A DNA stretch of 64,000 nucleotides, taken from Chrysochromulina tobinii (taxonomy: Eukaryota). The notes under the pieces were generated by a model. The model worked only from the letters and a program-made list of their open reading frames with translations. It ran no database searches and was not told the DNA's origin. The first letter of the stretch is position 1; each line of letters opens with the position of its first letter. The stretch covers positions 1 to 64,000 of the forward strand of contig JWZX01003399.1 in the NCBI GenBank assembly GCA_001275005.1, written 5' to 3'. Positions 19,401-29,352 of the stretch are shown one piece after another. The position numbers were made by a program, and so were the translations under genes.

Positions 19401-19855
19401 ACATGGCGCGCTCCGTTGGGTTCTCTGCGGCGGCCGTGCAGCCCGTGCAGCCCGTGCACCCGGTGCAGGGGCCGGTACAGGGGCAGGAGGGGCCGGGGGC
19501 CGCGCAGCCGGTGCAGGGGCTCTCTGCGAGGGGCGCCGTGATGGGCGCGCAGCTGTTCGGACCCATGCCTCACGCATCGGCGATGTCCATTTCCGATCCG
19601 CCACAGCCCTCACAGGCAGACCCCATGGTCAGCGCATTCGACGGGCGCGAGGACATGGCGCGGATCCGCGAGGTGCTCACGCGGATGGGCCTCGCCATCT
19701 ACGCCGACCAATTCGAGGATCAAGGGTACGACGACTTCGAGTACCTCATCAAGATGTCGGAGCAGGGCCAGCTGGCCCGGGTTGCGGACGACGTCAACAT
19801 GAAGCCCGGCCACAAGGCCAAGTTCGTGCAGCGAGGCTTCCACGCACAGTGCTGA
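16472..19855 (+). CDS. Multidomain chromatin/DNA reader: MBD, zf-CW, AP2-like, Tudor, zf-CXXC, AP2-like, MBD, SAM; probable in-frame intron 19145-19249
   Basis: GW..KKR...DKYY.GPDG..YNSR (MBD); WVQCDKCDKWR (CW); LGHFPSADEAALA (AP2); IEVYWPMDAMWY (Tudor); RCGVCVGC..NCGKCKNC..MPELGG...QAC (CXXC); DSYFITPQ|GKRFRSRAEV (MBD); LAIYADQFEDQGYDD..MKPGH (SAM). Confidence 0.82.
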   Translation: MIPGFQRKDHASVPDPAPAHWRWNFASLASAPVPVPVAALQPAPEMDATASRPTSEAAIVTAAAAAAVAHATVVAGIAHHFADHHPAEESHAGPHRHRADSVAAAVVVPREHLVAAGSDSDEDELPLNSSRSRPCMSFSPPAQIAASSVDPRANGSPVRAHDSGSDSDDVEDDGDIPLRTTITPPLGVEEEKRKRAAAAAPAVPPAPGPNVSPVRAHDSCSDSDDVEDDGDIPLKTTITPPLEMEEKKRKRAAAAAPTVPPWRSGGAAAVVEMLRQGSPSVRGKKARVSSSLQHAGGLGIGDAASALKLTAPTKLVEEVDCPELGCPELGMGWRCILKKRTGEKHVDKYYIGPDGTQYNSRVKASQRASEDVATWVQCDKCDKWRSMPTGWKCPAVSSSRTLSFECKQHPNRELASCEAPEEEFEGAWSYGADELDKRAASARAQAEAEGLVLKPSPGAAAGASSTSSRFLHVQLVRSKSGEPFRAKVPLGASLPAQTLGHFPSADEAALAVARFQQLLDPTGVHAAKLVGTTIEVYWPMDAMWYSAVVERVLSDGAVDVSYVSDGMSEALYLCSECWHRSCDAREDTKQRGGANGSGMGATKQPRCGVCVGCNATNCGKCKNCLEMPELGGTGNLRQACIERCIERRCVEISRTKAAKVVIDQLKTAADVHAQALLEGLELLRDNKPNSSSGYLNVSRHGKTSFKATVNMPMEEEKSSEGKLVGKVKTLVRSELGSFRMAEQAALLAARWRAARLEVVRIAAAAALQTMEERELLQAAWEEARAAEARAAEARAAKAKARAEAEAKAKAEAEEAKAAEARAAEARAAKAAKAKAKADSSERSDKLLATLIEYLENCGGSAEMIAGWYIKTELRKEGATGRTCDSYFITPQVSGSAAPSCAQPSRAQPCRPKSSLTRRPTLPPPAQGKRFRSRAEVARYFNLEAAPGSTLPPPMRRHVPPLGIEKTDVHMPTSSNEDMARSVGFSAAAVQPVQPVHPVQGPVQGQEGPGAAQPVQGLSARGAVMGAQLFGPMPHASAMSISDPPQPSQADPMVSAFDGREDMARIREVLTRMGLAIYADQFEDQGYDDFEYLIKMSEQGQLARVADDVNMKPGHKAKFVQRGFHAQC
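16936..17250 (+). repeat. 168-bp-period tandem duplication within the CDS
   Basis: SPVRAHDS.SDSDDVEDDGDIPL.TTITPPL..EEKRKRAAAAAP is encoded twice with near-identical DNA. Confidence 0.9.
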
Positions 19856-20276
19856 TTCTGGCGAATACATCCACACCGACACGCACCACCCGGGCAGCCG
19901 CCCTAGGTTTCGATGATTGTGATCACTTTGCGATCGGATCGCTCGACAGTGACGAAACTGCTTCGTGGACCAAGGAGCGCGGAGCCGTCCCCCGAGACGG
20001 CGCCGTGTGGTGGGCGTGTGTGTTTGGCCCGCGGAACAACAAGTGAACGACGTGTTCCTGACCGCTTCGCTTGACGTGAGAAAAACGCAACTTCGCTGAA
20101 AGACCGTACATTCAGAAAAAACGGCGCGCTCCGTTTGGGTTTCGTAAGTTTCGTCAAAGTGATGAGATGAAGCGCCTTCATACCAAACTTCTGTAACTTC
20201 ATAACAACAGGTGCTCGGAAACGAAAGACGCTCGCCACGCTAGCAGCAGGCTCAGCATTTCCGCGGAAGCGAGCCA

Positions 20277-22373
20277 ATGCCGGCGGAGCAGTCCGATACG
20301 CTCGCTCAGGTCGTGGCCAAGGGTGGCGACCTCGCCGCGCTGCGAGCGCTCTCCAAGTCCGAGCTGCAGCAAGCGCTCAAAGAATTGGGATACGCCAAGC
20401 TCGGGGAACGCGTGCGCCTGACGGCAGCCATTGCAGCAGCTGAGGTGCCTGCAGCATGGTCACCAGAGCCTCCGGCTGACGAGGAGGCATGCGACCGCAC
20501 GATGATCGTGCATGGGGCAGTGCAGGACATTTTTGACGACGGTGGCCTACTGAAGACGACGCTGCGTAAGGGCGACGCATCCACCAGCATGCCGCCGCTG
20601 TTCAGCAAGGTCAAGGTGCGATACATCGCGTCGCTGCTGCCAGAATGCCGCAGCTTCGAGGCGGCGGTGCGCGAGTTCGTGCTGGGCGAGCACGAGGTGC
20701 CAAAGGGCCTCGAAAAGTGCGTCGGAACAATGCGCCGCGGCGAGACGTGCGAGCTCATCTGCAGGGCCGAGTATGCCTACGGCGCCGTCGGTCGGCCTCC
20801 GGATGTGCCGCCGGGCACGTCGATCCGTTACGAGGTGGAGCTGATCTCGATGGTGCTGCCCAAGAAGGATCGGTCCGAGTACACCGCCGCCGAAAAGATC
20901 GCGCTCGCGCAGGCGCTCAAGGCCAAGGGCACGCGCGAGTTTGGCTCTGGCCTGTGGCTCGAGGCCCAAGTGAGCTATCACGAGGCGAGTAGGCTGCTGC
21001 TGACAGAGTACGAGGAGCTCGTGGCGGAGCCGGGAGCCGAGGCGGCAAGCCGGCAGTTGCTCGTCGCGTGCCTGCTCAACATCGCCCAGTGCGCGCTCAA
21101 GCGCAACGAGTGGTCGGCGGCTGAGCGGGCGTGCACAGAGACGCTCGAACGACTGACCGACCCGCTCGGACTCGAAAAGGAGAGCCACATCAAAGCGCTG
21201 TACCGGCGCGCCAAGGCGCGCACGGGCCGCTCCGAGTTCAGCGACGCGCGCGCGGACCTAAAGGCAGTGCTATCGCTGCAGCCGAGCTCGCGCGAGGCGC
21301 GCGAGCTGTGGGAAAGTCTCAAGGACAGGGAGCTGAGTGCGAGCAGGAGCGAGGGGAAGGTCTACGGTCTCATGACGAGCAAGCTGCTGTACCGCGAGTA
21401 CAACGTGGGGCGCCGGCGGCTCTCGACCTACCCGCGTGCGTTCTTCGAGCTGAGCATCGACGGAGTGCGCATGCCGCGTATCGTCTTTGAGCTCTTTGTA
21501 GATCGTGCGCCCAAGACGTGCGAAAACTTCCGATGCCTGTGCACAGGCGAGCGCGGCGTCTCCACGAGGGGCACGCGGCTGCACTACAAGGGGACGAAGT
21601 TCCACCGCGCGGTGCCGACGGACGACCTGCCGTCCGAGTACATCAACGAGAGTGCGGACGGCACCGGACGCAATTTCGAGATTTGGAAGGGCTTTCTGGT
21701 GCAAGGAGGCGATATCAGCCATGGCGACGGCTCAGGCGGCGAGAGTATCTGGGGGGGTCCGTTCGAGGACGAGCTGCCGCTCGACTACGTGTGCCACAGC
21801 GGCCCTGGGCTGCTCTCGATGGCCGGGAGCTTACCGATGCGCGACAAGGCCTCCGAGGAGATGATGCACGTGCCCCACCGCAACACGTCGCAATTCTTCA
21901 TCACGACCAATGCTAAGAATGCAGCGCAGGGAGGCAGTGCGATCCGTCATTTTGATGGGCATCACGTGTGCTTTGGGCGCGTCGTCGAGGGCATGTCGAC
22001 AGTCAACCAGATCCACAAATGCCTCGTCGACCCGACCGCGTTCCATGCGATCGATGAGCGCCACTCGGTCGAGATAGTCGACTGCGGCCATTTGAAGTCC
22101 AAAGAGGACGCCGAGCTTGAGCGAGATGAGGCCGAGATCCAAAAGCTCCACCCTGCCTCCAGGATCCTCGACAAGAAGGAGGCTGACGAAGACGAGGCCG
22201 TCGAGGTCATCACGCGCGCGACGTGGGCGGTGCTTGGCGCGGGCGACACCGACCGAGCCGCTCCGGCCGCTCAACCGCCAGCCCCGCCGCCCAAGCTGGA
22301 GCTGCCCAAGCCCACGCCCAAAGATGACGGCGCCATCACCTCGGCCGAGATCGATGAAGATGCGGATGCCTGA
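20277..22373 (+). CDS. Dual-family immunophilin: FKBP-TPR-cyclophilin (FCBP-like) with N-terminal SAM-like segment
   Basis: FKBP: FVLG..EVPKGLE.CV.TMRRGE..YAYG..G.PP.VPP...YEVEL. TPR: KALYRRAKA. Cyclophilin: FELFVDRAPKTCENFRCLCTGE..LHYKGTKFHR, QGGD, GGESIWG, SQFFITT, DGHHVCFGRV. Confidence 0.9.
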   Translation: MPAEQSDTLAQVVAKGGDLAALRALSKSELQQALKELGYAKLGERVRLTAAIAAAEVPAAWSPEPPADEEACDRTMIVHGAVQDIFDDGGLLKTTLRKGDASTSMPPLFSKVKVRYIASLLPECRSFEAAVREFVLGEHEVPKGLEKCVGTMRRGETCELICRAEYAYGAVGRPPDVPPGTSIRYEVELISMVLPKKDRSEYTAAEKIALAQALKAKGTREFGSGLWLEAQVSYHEASRLLLTEYEELVAEPGAEAASRQLLVACLLNIAQCALKRNEWSAAERACTETLERLTDPLGLEKESHIKALYRRAKARTGRSEFSDARADLKAVLSLQPSSREARELWESLKDRELSASRSEGKVYGLMTSKLLYREYNVGRRRLSTYPRAFFELSIDGVRMPRIVFELFVDRAPKTCENFRCLCTGERGVSTRGTRLHYKGTKFHRAVPTDDLPSEYINESADGTGRNFEIWKGFLVQGGDISHGDGSGGESIWGGPFEDELPLDYVCHSGPGLLSMAGSLPMRDKASEEMMHVPHRNTSQFFITTNAKNAAQGGSAIRHFDGHHVCFGRVVEGMSTVNQIHKCLVDPTAFHAIDERHSVEIVDCGHLKSKEDAELERDEAEIQKLHPASRILDKKEADEDEAVEVITRATWAVLGAGDTDRAAPAAQPPAPPPKLELPKPTPKDDGAITSAEIDEDADA

Positions 22374-22715
22374 AAGGAACTGAAAGAGATCTAGATAGTT
22401 CTATAGCGTTACCTCGACTCGGACTCTATCGCGCCTCATTCGATTCGTATTTGTAAGTGCGGTGATAAGCGCGCGCCACGTTCCGAGCAAGCGAGCTTGA
22501 GTAGTAATTATTCGTACTAGCCCGTACCGCCGACCGACGATTTCGAATCCGCGCGCGCGGTATTTCCGCGGCATATTTTCCAAAAGAGTCCCTACGCGGC
22601 ACAAGGCATCAGGGCTGACTGCAGTCCGCGCCCCTTGGTCATGCCGTGTCGGATTAATTGGCAATTGGTGCGGTGCATGTCCCCGGGTCACTCGAGGCGC
22701 GAGGGGTCGCGGGTG

Positions 22716-23780
22716 CTACTGATGAGTTTGAGAACTGCTCGACGTACTTGAATCTTTGGTATGAGGAGCCCATCGCTCCGGCCGACCGTAGCCCTCAATA
22801 ATCTCGTACGAGTCGACGCGGATTTGGAAGAGGCCGACGCCCTCCGACGCGAGAAAGTTGGCCATGTTCGGATTGCGCGCGAGAAAGCGAGCACTCGCCC
22901 ACGGGAGCGCGTCCACCTCAGCTTCGGCCGTTACTTCGGCCGCCTGACCGACGGCGGTGACGAGCAATCCGTCTGCGTGGTCCCGGAGGTTGCCGGTGCG
23001 GTTGTCCCAGAGCAGCGAGACGGCCGGCCGCTCGCGCATCTGCTGCGCCTTGCGCGCTCCCCCATGCGTTGCGACGACGACGAAGCGCAGGCACGGTGAG
23101 ATGGCAAAGGCCATGAGGAACGTGGCAGGTCTGAGGTCGGCCGTTGTCGTGGCGAGCACGCACTGCACCTGCGACGTCAGGACGGCATCGATGCGCCCAG
23201 CTACGTGCGCATCCCCTCTCGCACTGGCTTCTGCGGATGGCTCGGGCTTGCGCATGCGGGCTTCTGGCCGGCCAGCAGGCCTTGACAAGGCGACAAGGCG
23301 CTCCATGTCGGACTCGAGCTTCGCAACGCGCTCACGAAGCTTGCGGACCGTCGAGCCCATCTCAGAAGCGTCGCGCAGCATGACGATCGACCCACCACCA
23401 TCGGCCGTGTGCAGGTCATTTACTGTAAACTCAGCCGTGAACAGCGTACCATCTGCTCGAAGAGCTGGCGCACGCCGCAGGTGTCGACGGTCGTATTGCT
23501 GCTTCACATCAAGCGGTCGTATGTGCCGGACGTGCTTGGGCATGATTAAATCGTTTAGAGACGAGCCCACCGCCTGGCTCGCGGTGATTCCAAACACCTC
23601 GCGTGCTCCACAATTCCACGACTGAACCCTTCCGTCGGGGCAAACGTGAATTATTGCGTCCGCAGCCGTCTGCACCGCGTGAAGTGCGAGCATTGGAGAC
23701 ATGCGGCCATCGGGAACGCAAAGTTGGCTGCTTCTCCGTAGCCAGCGCCTCGAGCAAGATCGGCGGGCGAACGACAACAT
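22716..23780 (-). CDS. PAS domain + pyridoxamine 5'-phosphate oxidase-like FMN-binding split-barrel fusion
   Basis: PAS: ADAII..DGRVQSWN.GA.EVFG....VG..L, RADGT.F. Split barrel: CVLAT, T....RK..M.ERP.VSLLWDNR. Arg/Ser-rich N-terminus. Confidence 0.8.
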   Translation of the reverse strand: MLSFARRSCSRRWLRRSSQLCVPDGRMSPMLALHAVQTAADAIIHVCPDGRVQSWNCGAREVFGITASQAVGSSLNDLIMPKHVRHIRPLDVKQQYDRRHLRRAPALRADGTLFTAEFTVNDLHTADGGGSIVMLRDASEMGSTVRKLRERVAKLESDMERLVALSRPAGRPEARMRKPEPSAEASARGDAHVAGRIDAVLTSQVQCVLATTTADLRPATFLMAFAISPCLRFVVVATHGGARKAQQMRERPAVSLLWDNRTGNLRDHADGLLVTAVGQAAEVTAEAEVDALPWASARFLARNPNMANFLASEGVGLFQIRVDSYEIIEGYGRPERWAPHTKDSSTSSSSQTHQ

Positions 23781-23930
23781 GAATTTTCCATCCCAGGTCC
23801 GGGTCCGATGTGGGAAAATCGGGTGTGCAGAAGTTGGTGCAGAGGTGCTACCGCACTGAGGAACCCCGCCGTGTGGTTTGCCGCGGCGGTGCCCACCAAA
23901 GCTGTTCGGACATCAGCGGCAGCACCAGCC

Positions 23931-25057
23931 ATGGGACGCGGTGTAAATCCGAATATCGTAGAGCGCGACGCCAGCGGAATGAAGTTCTTGTGCGTCGTGC
24001 GCTTGACAGACCGTGTGTCGGTCGCCCACTACGCTCACCATAGCACGCCCAGCGATCAAATTGAGCACAAGATCAGTCAGGTGCTGCTCGCCAACGCCGC
24101 AACGATTCACCCACGGCTATCGGTGGCCGATAAGGAAATTGGCACGATGCACTATGAGACCGATCGGTATGCCATGTACCTCGCCGTGACAATCGCCGAC
24201 TACCCGCAGCGCATAGCCTTCAAGTGCCTCGCCGAGCTGAAGGAGCGGTGGGCGGACGCCTTTGGCGAAGTGCTGCACAAGGCGGAGCAAGGTGGGCTGA
24301 GCAAGGCCGCCAAGCCGGTGATGACCGAGCTATGCACCAAGTACGCCGACGCGGGCTCGATCGACAAGACACTCGGCCTCATCCGGGAGGTTGACAGCGT
24401 CAAGGGCATCGTGAGCGAGACGGTGCATCGCCTCCTCAACACGCACGAAAATCTCGAGGTGCTCGAGGACAGATCGGAGCAGCTCAAGGCGCAGACGCAG
24501 ACTTTCCAGAAGGTCGCTCGAGAGACCAAGAACATCCAGAAAAAGAAGAACAATAAGCTGTGCCGCATCTTCTGTTGCGTGATTCTCTTCGGCATCGTAG
24601 GGGCGGGATTGCCGCTGGCCATCACGGCAAGCTCACCCTCGAAGACCCTTCGCCTCTGCTGCGTGCCCTGCTACGTGCCCTGCTGCGTGCCCTGCTGCTC
24701 GGTCCGCGGAGCTGTGCTGCTCTCTCCCTACCTCCCACCTCGTTCACACGTGTTCTCATCGTCGCTCGCAACTGGTCCTTCGCTCAGAACTGGGACACGA
24801 TCAAAGCGTTCCTCTTGTCCATGTTCCCGCCCGAGGAGCCGGGCAGCGGCGACTTTGGTAGCGGCAGTGGCGAATGGGACTGCGGAAACTGGACGAATGG
24901 GACTGACTGGCGACTCGGCAACGTTGATCTATCGAATTATACGGGCAACTGGTCCTGCGCTCAGTATGTACGAGACAGCACTCCCGATGACGACTGGTTC
25001 GACTTTTTCGAATGGAGATTTCCGTGGTCAAGCGGTGGTACGGGGTTCGGGCGGTGA
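23931..25057 (+). CDS. VAMP7-like longin SNARE; GC-AG intron 24627-24787
   Basis: Longin domain (DYPQRIAFKCL.EL), synaptobrevin-like coil (EVDSVKGIV..NLEVLEDRSEQL..Q...F), basic stretch and TM. Phase-0 ACG|GCAAGC...CTCAG|AAC splice. Confidence 0.8.
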
Positions 25058-25285
25058 CCCGCCTCCGACCCATATTCACATGGCATGTACCTTCCTCTTG
25101 CCTCAGAGTCGACAGAGCCCTGGGCGCGGTTCTTCTCTGCGCGTGAGCGTGTGTCTCCAAGAAAGCTGTGTACGTGCGCGTGTAGAAATAGTGTTAATGC
25201 AGGGGTCGACCCAACCTGGGGATACGCAGTAAACCAGGTCAGTAAGTGAGGAAGTTCGGACCGGACGAAACTTGCCAGAAAAGCA

Positions 25286-27031
25286 ATGCCGTCATCCGTT
25301 TTTGTCAACACAGCCTCTCCATTGCCGCCATCGCCGCCTGCATCGCCGCCCTCCTTCAAGTCAGCCATGAAGAAAGTGCAGATGGCCACCGCCGTCACCT
25401 CTCCGCGGATCGCTGCTCAGGTCCTCTCCATCGCAGATGACTCTGATGACGCCGACGACGATGATGGCGTAGTAGCGGTCGTCGTGAATGCGCGTGTCAC
25501 ATCCCTCACCGATAGCGAGGCGCAGGCTCACGCCAGTCTCACCGCAATCTCAAAGGCTGATCAAGGCGCTCAGGCGACAGGCGAGGGGGCCAGCACTTGT
25601 GACAAGGCGACAGACGCGGGGGCCGGCGCTGATGGCCTTGGCGGCGGCAGCATCAGCAGGAGAAATAGCTTTGCTATCAGCGACGAAAACGTCACAAACT
25701 GGTTCGGGCATGGGCCAGTTGATGCTCCTATTGAGAGTGGCAGTCCGCCAGAGCCACGAACGAGCAATGGCGTGCAGGCACCCACCTGGCTCGCGAGCCT
25801 CCTATGGCAGCTGGCCCTGATCGCTGCGTCTTGGTCGCCTCTGAAGGTGTCCTCCAGGATGATAGCAGTACGCACGCTTTGCTGTGCATGCACGTGCACG
25901 TGGGCATGTAATGGTCAATACTCTTCGTCCGGCTCGACGCCGCCCGCTACTCTCGAGGCAGTGGCGGCGCTGCCGACACAGGCGGTGGCGGCGCCGACGA
26001 AGGTTGAGGCGCTGCCGTCGAAGGCTGTGGCCGTGGCGATCGGCCCGCCCGGCGGGTCGACGATGGCGGCCGATTCGGACGGGCTCAAGAGAGCACCATC
26101 CTTTTCACGGCCCCCTCTCGTACATGCCGCTGAGGCGGCCAGGTCGGACGAGCTCAGGAGGGCGCAATCCTTTCAAAGGTCCCCGCTCGTACCTGCTGAT
26201 GAGGCGGCCAGGTCGGACGAGCTCAGGAGGGCGCAATCCTTTCAAAGGTCCCCGCTCGTACATGCCGCTGAGGCGGCCAGGTCGGACGGGCTCAGGAGGG
26301 CGCAATCCTTTCAAAGGTCCCCGCTCGTACCTGCTGATGAGGCGCGGCACCTGCCATCGATTCCTGGTATGAATGGGGAACGTGTTCGCAAAACCAGTAT
26401 ACCCGACGGCATGCCTCCGATTCTGAGCCCGGTCGGCCACGAGACAATTTCCCTGGGCTCCGACTCGATGCCAGCGAGGGATGCCAAGTCGTTGGCGAAT
26501 GCGAAACCCTTCCTCCCTTCGGAGAACTCGATCTCGGAGATGACGAAACCCTTCCTCCCTTCGGAGATCTCGATCTCGGAGATGACGAAACCCTTCCTCC
26601 CTTCGGAGATCTCGATCTCGGAGAACTCGATCTTGGAGATGACGCCGGCGAGTCATCGTTCGGCCACGACCTCCGACACAGACGCATATTGCTCAGCCAA
26701 CTCCAACAACACCAGCGCTAAGAACGGCGCCTGCGCCTCCACCAGCGCTCAAGACTACGCATACTACTCGGCCAACTCCAACACGCCCGAACGATTGAGA
26801 GCAGCACGTGTGCGTGCCGCAGAGCACGCAGCCGCAGCATTGGTAGCCATTGACCCAGGAGGCCGCGGAAATCTGATGCAACAGATTCAGGAGGCCGCGG
26901 AGCCAGCTGCTGTGGAAGCTTCAACAGACTCCGCCGAGGGAATGCCTCCGCCGGTCTCGGCGCTCGGCGCCGAGATCTACTTGCAATCCTACCGCGCGAT
27001 GAGCCGTGCCGAGGCCGATCTGAGGATCTAG
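25286..27031 (+). CDS. Hypothetical disordered protein with internal repeats
   Basis: 581-aa ORF with 66-bp repeats (AARSDELRRAQSFQRSPLV..) at ~26110-26345 and KPFLPSE.SISEMT repeats at ~26503-26643. Confidence 0.6.
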   Translation: MPSSVFVNTASPLPPSPPASPPSFKSAMKKVQMATAVTSPRIAAQVLSIADDSDDADDDDGVVAVVVNARVTSLTDSEAQAHASLTAISKADQGAQATGEGASTCDKATDAGAGADGLGGGSISRRNSFAISDENVTNWFGHGPVDAPIESGSPPEPRTSNGVQAPTWLASLLWQLALIAASWSPLKVSSRMIAVRTLCCACTCTWACNGQYSSSGSTPPATLEAVAALPTQAVAAPTKVEALPSKAVAVAIGPPGGSTMAADSDGLKRAPSFSRPPLVHAAEAARSDELRRAQSFQRSPLVPADEAARSDELRRAQSFQRSPLVHAAEAARSDGLRRAQSFQRSPLVPADEARHLPSIPGMNGERVRKTSIPDGMPPILSPVGHETISLGSDSMPARDAKSLANAKPFLPSENSISEMTKPFLPSEISISEMTKPFLPSEISISENSILEMTPASHRSATTSDTDAYCSANSNNTSAKNGACASTSAQDYAYYSANSNTPERLRAARVRAAEHAAAALVAIDPGGRGNLMQQIQEAAEPAAVEASTDSAEGMPPPVSALGAEIYLQSYRAMSRAEADLRI

Positions 27032-27689
27032 AAATGGGCTGCTGCCGTCGTCGAGCAGCCATCGAGATCTGACTCGTCATCCCCATTCCCTCCTTCGGCA
27101 TGGCATGAGTCGAGGGACTTGTGCGCAAGCTTCGCGTGCGATTCAGTGTGTGGACTGTGGCCGGGAGCGCGGACCGGACGACGATCGTCGTACCCTTTTG
27201 CATGCTGCGCTTTTCGTCAGCGCAACCGTCTCACAAGACTCTCAGCGGTCGACATCACATCGCAGTGTTGTCCGGTCAGGTCCGCCTCCAACGTGCAGTG
27301 CAGTTCTGCCACGCGGCACGCGGTCGGAGATGTGGCGCCTGCGCTGGAGTTCCGCAGTTCGGATTCGGTATATATGTCGTCATTGGGGTAACATTAGGAA
27401 CGGTTCCCAATTGTATACAATTTTTGTTAATCGTGGCTCCATTAAGCACCAACCGAACTGTGCAACGCCATGCAGGCGACCCGCCGCGACCGGATACCGT
27501 GCCCGCCGGCAGGGTGCATGGCCGCCGACCGGTGCGCGCCCGGTGCGGCTTCGGGCAGGCGGCACGGCAGGGCCCCCCCAAAGCGGCTGCGAACACGTCG
27601 ACGTTTTTGACCGCAGTGCGGCGGTCGGTAGCTCGGTACAGTACTACTTGTGTCGCTTTCTTCTTCCGGCTCGGCCCCCATCAGCGTCT

Positions 27690-28743
27690 TCACTCGTCGT
27701 CGCTGTCGCACAAGTCAATGGGCGCCTCGGCCTTCGGCCGCTTGCGCGCCAGCGCCTCGCGCGTCTCGCGCTCTCGGACGACAGAGGCGCGCAGTGCGTG
27801 CACCTGCTGGCCGCCGCCGTTGCCGCTCGCCGCGAGCGTTTCCGCCTTCTCCCGCAGCGTCGACGCCGCAGCCGGCGTCGCCGCGCACTCGCCGTTGCAG
27901 CACGTATCCTCACGCAGTGCCATGAAAAACGAGTCGCGGAAGAAGCACTCGAGAGAGCTCACGATGGGAGCGCCCGGCGCTTCGGTCACGTAGGACTCAC
28001 CCGCGCGCCAGGTGGTTTCGGAGCTGAAGCTCGTCGCACCCGCCCCGACGGAGACGGAGAGCCCCGATTTGACCATCGTCCTGAGCGCGCAGCCACGTCG
28101 CGGGGGGGGTGAGAGGTCGCAAGTGGTGCCGTGTGTGTGGTCGCGTGTGGTCGCGTGTCGTGTGTAATCAGCAGCGTGGGACCACCGGGGAGAACCACGG
28201 CAGAGCGATGGCACAGTGATGCACGGGCAACGCAGATAGGAGGAAGCGGCAGCGCACTTCTCGTCGACTCGCAGGCCCCATGCGAGGGTCGGCTCTGTCC
28301 GAGGTGCTGGTCGTGTCCTGCCCAAGGACGGCGGCCATACCCTGAATGATTTTGATCTCGATCTTGCCGTGCTCCCACGAGGTGACTACTGGGCGGGAGG
28401 AGCCGCCCTCGTCGTCATCATCGTTGACGGCAGATGCGCCCGCAAACTTGAAGCGGCGATTAACCATGTGGCCATCCTGCGACTTCGTCCAGTACTTGAA
28501 GACGACGCCGCGAGCACCGCCGCGGCTTGTCTGGCGTGCCGGGTCGAGAAAATAGCGGCCTGTTCGCTGCCCATCAATGTAGCATTCCACCAGGAAAAGC
28601 CCATCAAAGCTGGAATAGTCCACTGCCACTTCAAACTCTTCGCCCGGCGCTGCGGTGATCACCTTGCGCCCGTCGATTGAATGCTCCTTGATGGCTTTAC
28701 CGTTGATGCGCACCTCGAAGCTCCAGTCACCACGGCAAGGCAT
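27690..28743 (-). pseudogene. Beta-rich conserved hypothetical protein, apparently frameshifted near 28275, with probable intron ~28082-28257
   Basis: FEVRINGK.IKE..I.A.PGEEFEV..YIDG..F.F..GKIEIK continues best as VDEK|TMVKSGLSVSV, which lies in another frame. Confidence 0.4.
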
Positions 28744-29352
28744 GGGTTTTGGGAGCTGAGTAAGTGGGTGCTGGGTAAGTGGGTGCGGTGACACTTGCGT
28801 CGGCCCGGCCTTTTTGGCGGGAGCTCCGAACGCAAGAGTGAATATCTAGGAAAAGCCTGGGTGGACTGGGGGGGAGGTGCTGGGGGCCGTCGTGCGTGTT
28901 AGAATTCACAGAATCGAGAATGTGGTGCAATGGGTCCCGATTCGCGATTGCCGAAGGATGACGACGCGCACCGATCTCAATAAACCACAAAACCACACGA
29001 CACACTCAGCACACACTCACACCCACTGCACCCCGCGGCGTGAGTCCACAAACTGACACTGATCCGCCCGACGAGCCATGAGCACGACGCGACGACGACA
29101 AACCGAAGTAGGACGAGAGAGAGCAGAGTGAGGCGACGCCGACATGAACGTCCAAGCACTGTATGATTGTCTCAAGAGAGTCGGGCAGGTGCCGCGCCCG
29201 GAGAGACCGCGGAGCTCGCTAATAGCTCGGTGGCGGTTCACGCGACGAGGAGCCGCTACGTGGCGGAAACGACGGCAACGGCGGCGGCGGCGGTGGCGGC
29301 GGCGGCGGAGGAGGAGGAGGAGGAGGAGGAGGCAGTGCCATTCTCATGCCAT

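Noticed and set aside
24627..25232. Cys-rich read-through tail of ORF 23808-25232 (CCVPCYVPCCVPCC)
   Set aside because: Better explained as translated intron with a 12-bp tandem repeat.
27105..27690. Overlapping ORFs and the AATTGTATACAATT palindrome
   Set aside because: No domain or codon-bias support, and a single 14-bp palindrome is insufficient evidence.
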